This document shows positions 61,586 to 64,000 of a DNA stretch of 64,000 nt, piece after piece. The notes under the pieces are model-generated. The model was not told where the DNA came from, made no database searches, and saw nothing but the letters and a program-made list of their open reading frames with translations. Every line of letters starts with the position of its first letter. Position 1 is the first letter of the stretch. The stretch spans positions 272,118,001 to 272,182,000 of the forward strand of contig OZ024742.1 of assembly GCA_964016885.1 (NCBI GenBank), in the 5' to 3' direction. This stretch comes from Eledone cirrhosa (taxonomy: Eukaryota). The position numbers were made by a program, and so were the translations under genes.

Positions 61586-62289
61586 ATAAAACATGGGTAA
61601 ATACTTGGAAAGTCTCATCAAGAAAATAAAAAAAAGGATATAGACAAATGAATTAGAAATTGAAATATATAAAAATCTATCAAGAAATATAGTTAGGTGT
61701 GTGTATATGTATGTATATACGCTCACAGATGTGCATATATGTGTTTGCACATGTGTATACGTATAGTGAAAAAGTGTGCGTAAATATAAAATTTAGGGCA
61801 AATTTATCTGTATGTCTGTAATCTAAAGACAGAATAGATACATCATAAGAATATGAATATGAAGGCGCGCGCATAAACTCACCTACATACACGTACGCTT
61901 AGATGCGGAAGTAAAAGAGGTAAGGGAGTGTAATAATTAAAGGAACGTATCAATCTCGATATATTTATAAAAATGTAACAATAAATTAGAAAGAAAACAT
62001 TTTTAGAAAGAAAAAATTAAAGAAAAGAAGACAAAAAAGGGGTACATACATACACAGACACGCATATCTCACAAAAGAAACGCAAAAATATACATGCTTA
62101 TATAGACATGCACACTTACACATCCATACGTTCGATACGTACATACACACGCACACACACACATACTTACACTCACGCATATTGACCTGTTTGCATGCAC
62201 ACGCATAAAAATGAGTAAGTAAAAAGGGGGGTGGAGAAGAAAAAAGGAACAAAACATAAAACCTAAATGTCAAAACACGGATATACAGA

Positions 62290-62337
62290 CACATACACAT
62301 ACGCATAATATATACATACACACACACACATATATAT

Positions 62338-62429
<92 letters not shown>

Positions 62430-62440
62430 GCACGCGCGCG
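62290..62440. repeat. (AC)/(AT)n microsatellite complex
   Basis: Direct reading. Confidence 0.9.
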
Positions 62441-62681
62441 CACATACGTAGTCGCTCATGTACATATATAGAAAGTATACACACATTAAGGCGTTCAGCC
62501 ATATTGATGCAGGGTGTAAAAAACTTGTGGATAAGTAAGTACAAATATAAAATTGTGAGATTGGCCGCGCAAAAATAAAAAAAAATAAAAATAAAAATGA
62601 AAAATATATCTGGATTGGAAAACACAAATGACCTGTATAATCAGTTAGTGAAGGACAAGGGGAAGTAAAAAAAGAGGAAGT

Positions 62682-62796
<115 letters not shown>

Positions 62797-63227
62797 GCAA
62801 AAGTTTTATTTAAAATTGTTGGGTTACAACGAGTAAATATTGTTTTATAAATATAGTTTTATAAATATAGTTTCCATTTGTTTAATATCGTATATATATA
62901 AATATATATGTGTGTGTGTGTGTGTGTGTAGAACAGAACAAAGGTGGGACACAAAATAAAATCGCAGTCACTGAGCAGGTCACTTAATGTGTAATAAAAG
63001 AGATTTGACAATATATAAACAACGATCCGGTTATAGAATTATTCAACCAGCTGGAAATTTATGATAAATTCATGTGAAAACCAGTGGTGCGTGTGTTTAT
63101 TGGAAGCATGACCCACCCAAATTATAAAAAAATATCTCTTTCAACATATATGTATGTGTGCATGTATGTATATATATACATACTAATGTACGTCTGTACA
63201 AATATATGTATGTACGTATACATATGT

Positions 63228-64000
63228 ATATTTAGGTATCCGCCGTACCAAGAGTGAGAAATGAAATTTCGTTTCATTCTTTTCCATTTGTCGTTTTCTG
63301 TATGCGCGGCCGAATAACTCACTCGATATGAAAATTAGGCTGCTCAGCCGTTAATATACATAAGGAAAGTATATACTTTCAAACGTTCAATCATCTGACA
63401 GAAAGGTATACGATGCTGATGATATCTAATAAGCGTGAAACTAGTACGTCTTTCCTGTGTCAGTGTTGAACAAAAGGGCGACGATGGTTGCCGAGCACTG
63501 TACGGCGTAATTCGGGATGTTTGTTTCTTTACAAACAAACCGAGCATTATAATAAATGTTCGGTAAAAACGATACGTACATATATATATATATGTGTGTA
63601 TGTATGTATATATATACATACCTACTGTGCGTCTGTATTCATATATGCATGTACGTATACATACTTATATTTAGATATCAGCCGTACTAAGAGTGAGAAA
63701 TGAAATTTTGTTTCATTCTTTTCCATTTATCGTTTTTGGTATGCACGGCCGACTAACTCACTCGTTATGCAAATTAGGCTGCTCAGCCGTTAATATGCAT
63801 AAGGAAAATATATACTTTCAAACGTTCAATCATCTGACAGACAGGTATACGACGCTGATGATATCTAATAAGCATGAAACTACTACGTCTTTCATGTGTC
63901 AGTGTTGAACAAAAGGGCGACGATGGTTGCCGAGCACTGTACGGCGTAATTCGGGGTGTTTGTTTACAAACCAGCCGAACATTATAATAAATGTTCGGTA
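63228..64000 (+). repeat. Tandem repeat with a ~439-bp unit (at least 1.8 copies, runs off the window end)
   Basis: ATATTTAGGTATCCGCCGTACCAAGAGTGAGAAATG (~63228) recurs, diverged, at ~63668. Confidence 0.9.
63395..63463 (+). ncRNA. Minimal type I hammerhead-like motif (third family), copy 1; copy 2 is at 63834-63902
   Basis: CUGACAGAAAGG uauac GAUG|CUGAUGA|uaucuaauaagcgu|GAAA|CUAG|UA^|CGUC uuu CCUGUGUCAG. Stem III is the palindrome ACUAGU, stem I is two-part, and stem II is weak. Confidence 0.6.

Overview
This is eukaryotic, gene-free DNA made almost entirely of transposable elements and repeats. The tRNA-derived SINEs resemble octopus families, so a cephalopod source is inferred but not proven. 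No intact host gene or intact TE ORF is visible. (1) From 1-16.8 kb and 49-57.8 kb there is a nest of about 8-9 degenerate Tx1-like (L1-clade) non-LTR retrotransposons. All are on the minus strand, most junctions are (AAT)n tails, and the nest starts at the 3' tail of a Dong/R4-type element. (2) A non-autonomous Helitron (16850-49014, minus; 5'-TC ... hairpin-CTAG-3') is inserted at A|T inside one Tx1 tail. (3) Inside the Helitron's (AT)n tract sits a ~31 kb array of ~46 direct and ~1.7 inverted ~657-bp monomers. Each monomer carries a Penelope/retrozyme-type type I hammerhead ribozyme motif on the minus strand: CUGAUGA, long stem II, GAAA, palindromic ACCAUGGU stem III, GUA cleavage site. (4) From 58-64 kb there are SINEs, a decayed Penelope-like RT/GIY-YIG ORF and two more sequence-unrelated hammerhead motifs (61508-61585, and a 439-bp tandem repeat at 63.2-64 kb). 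The main candidate for a novel system is a retrozyme-like hammerhead macrosatellite carried within Helitron termini. All RNA folds were derived by eye and have not been tested.
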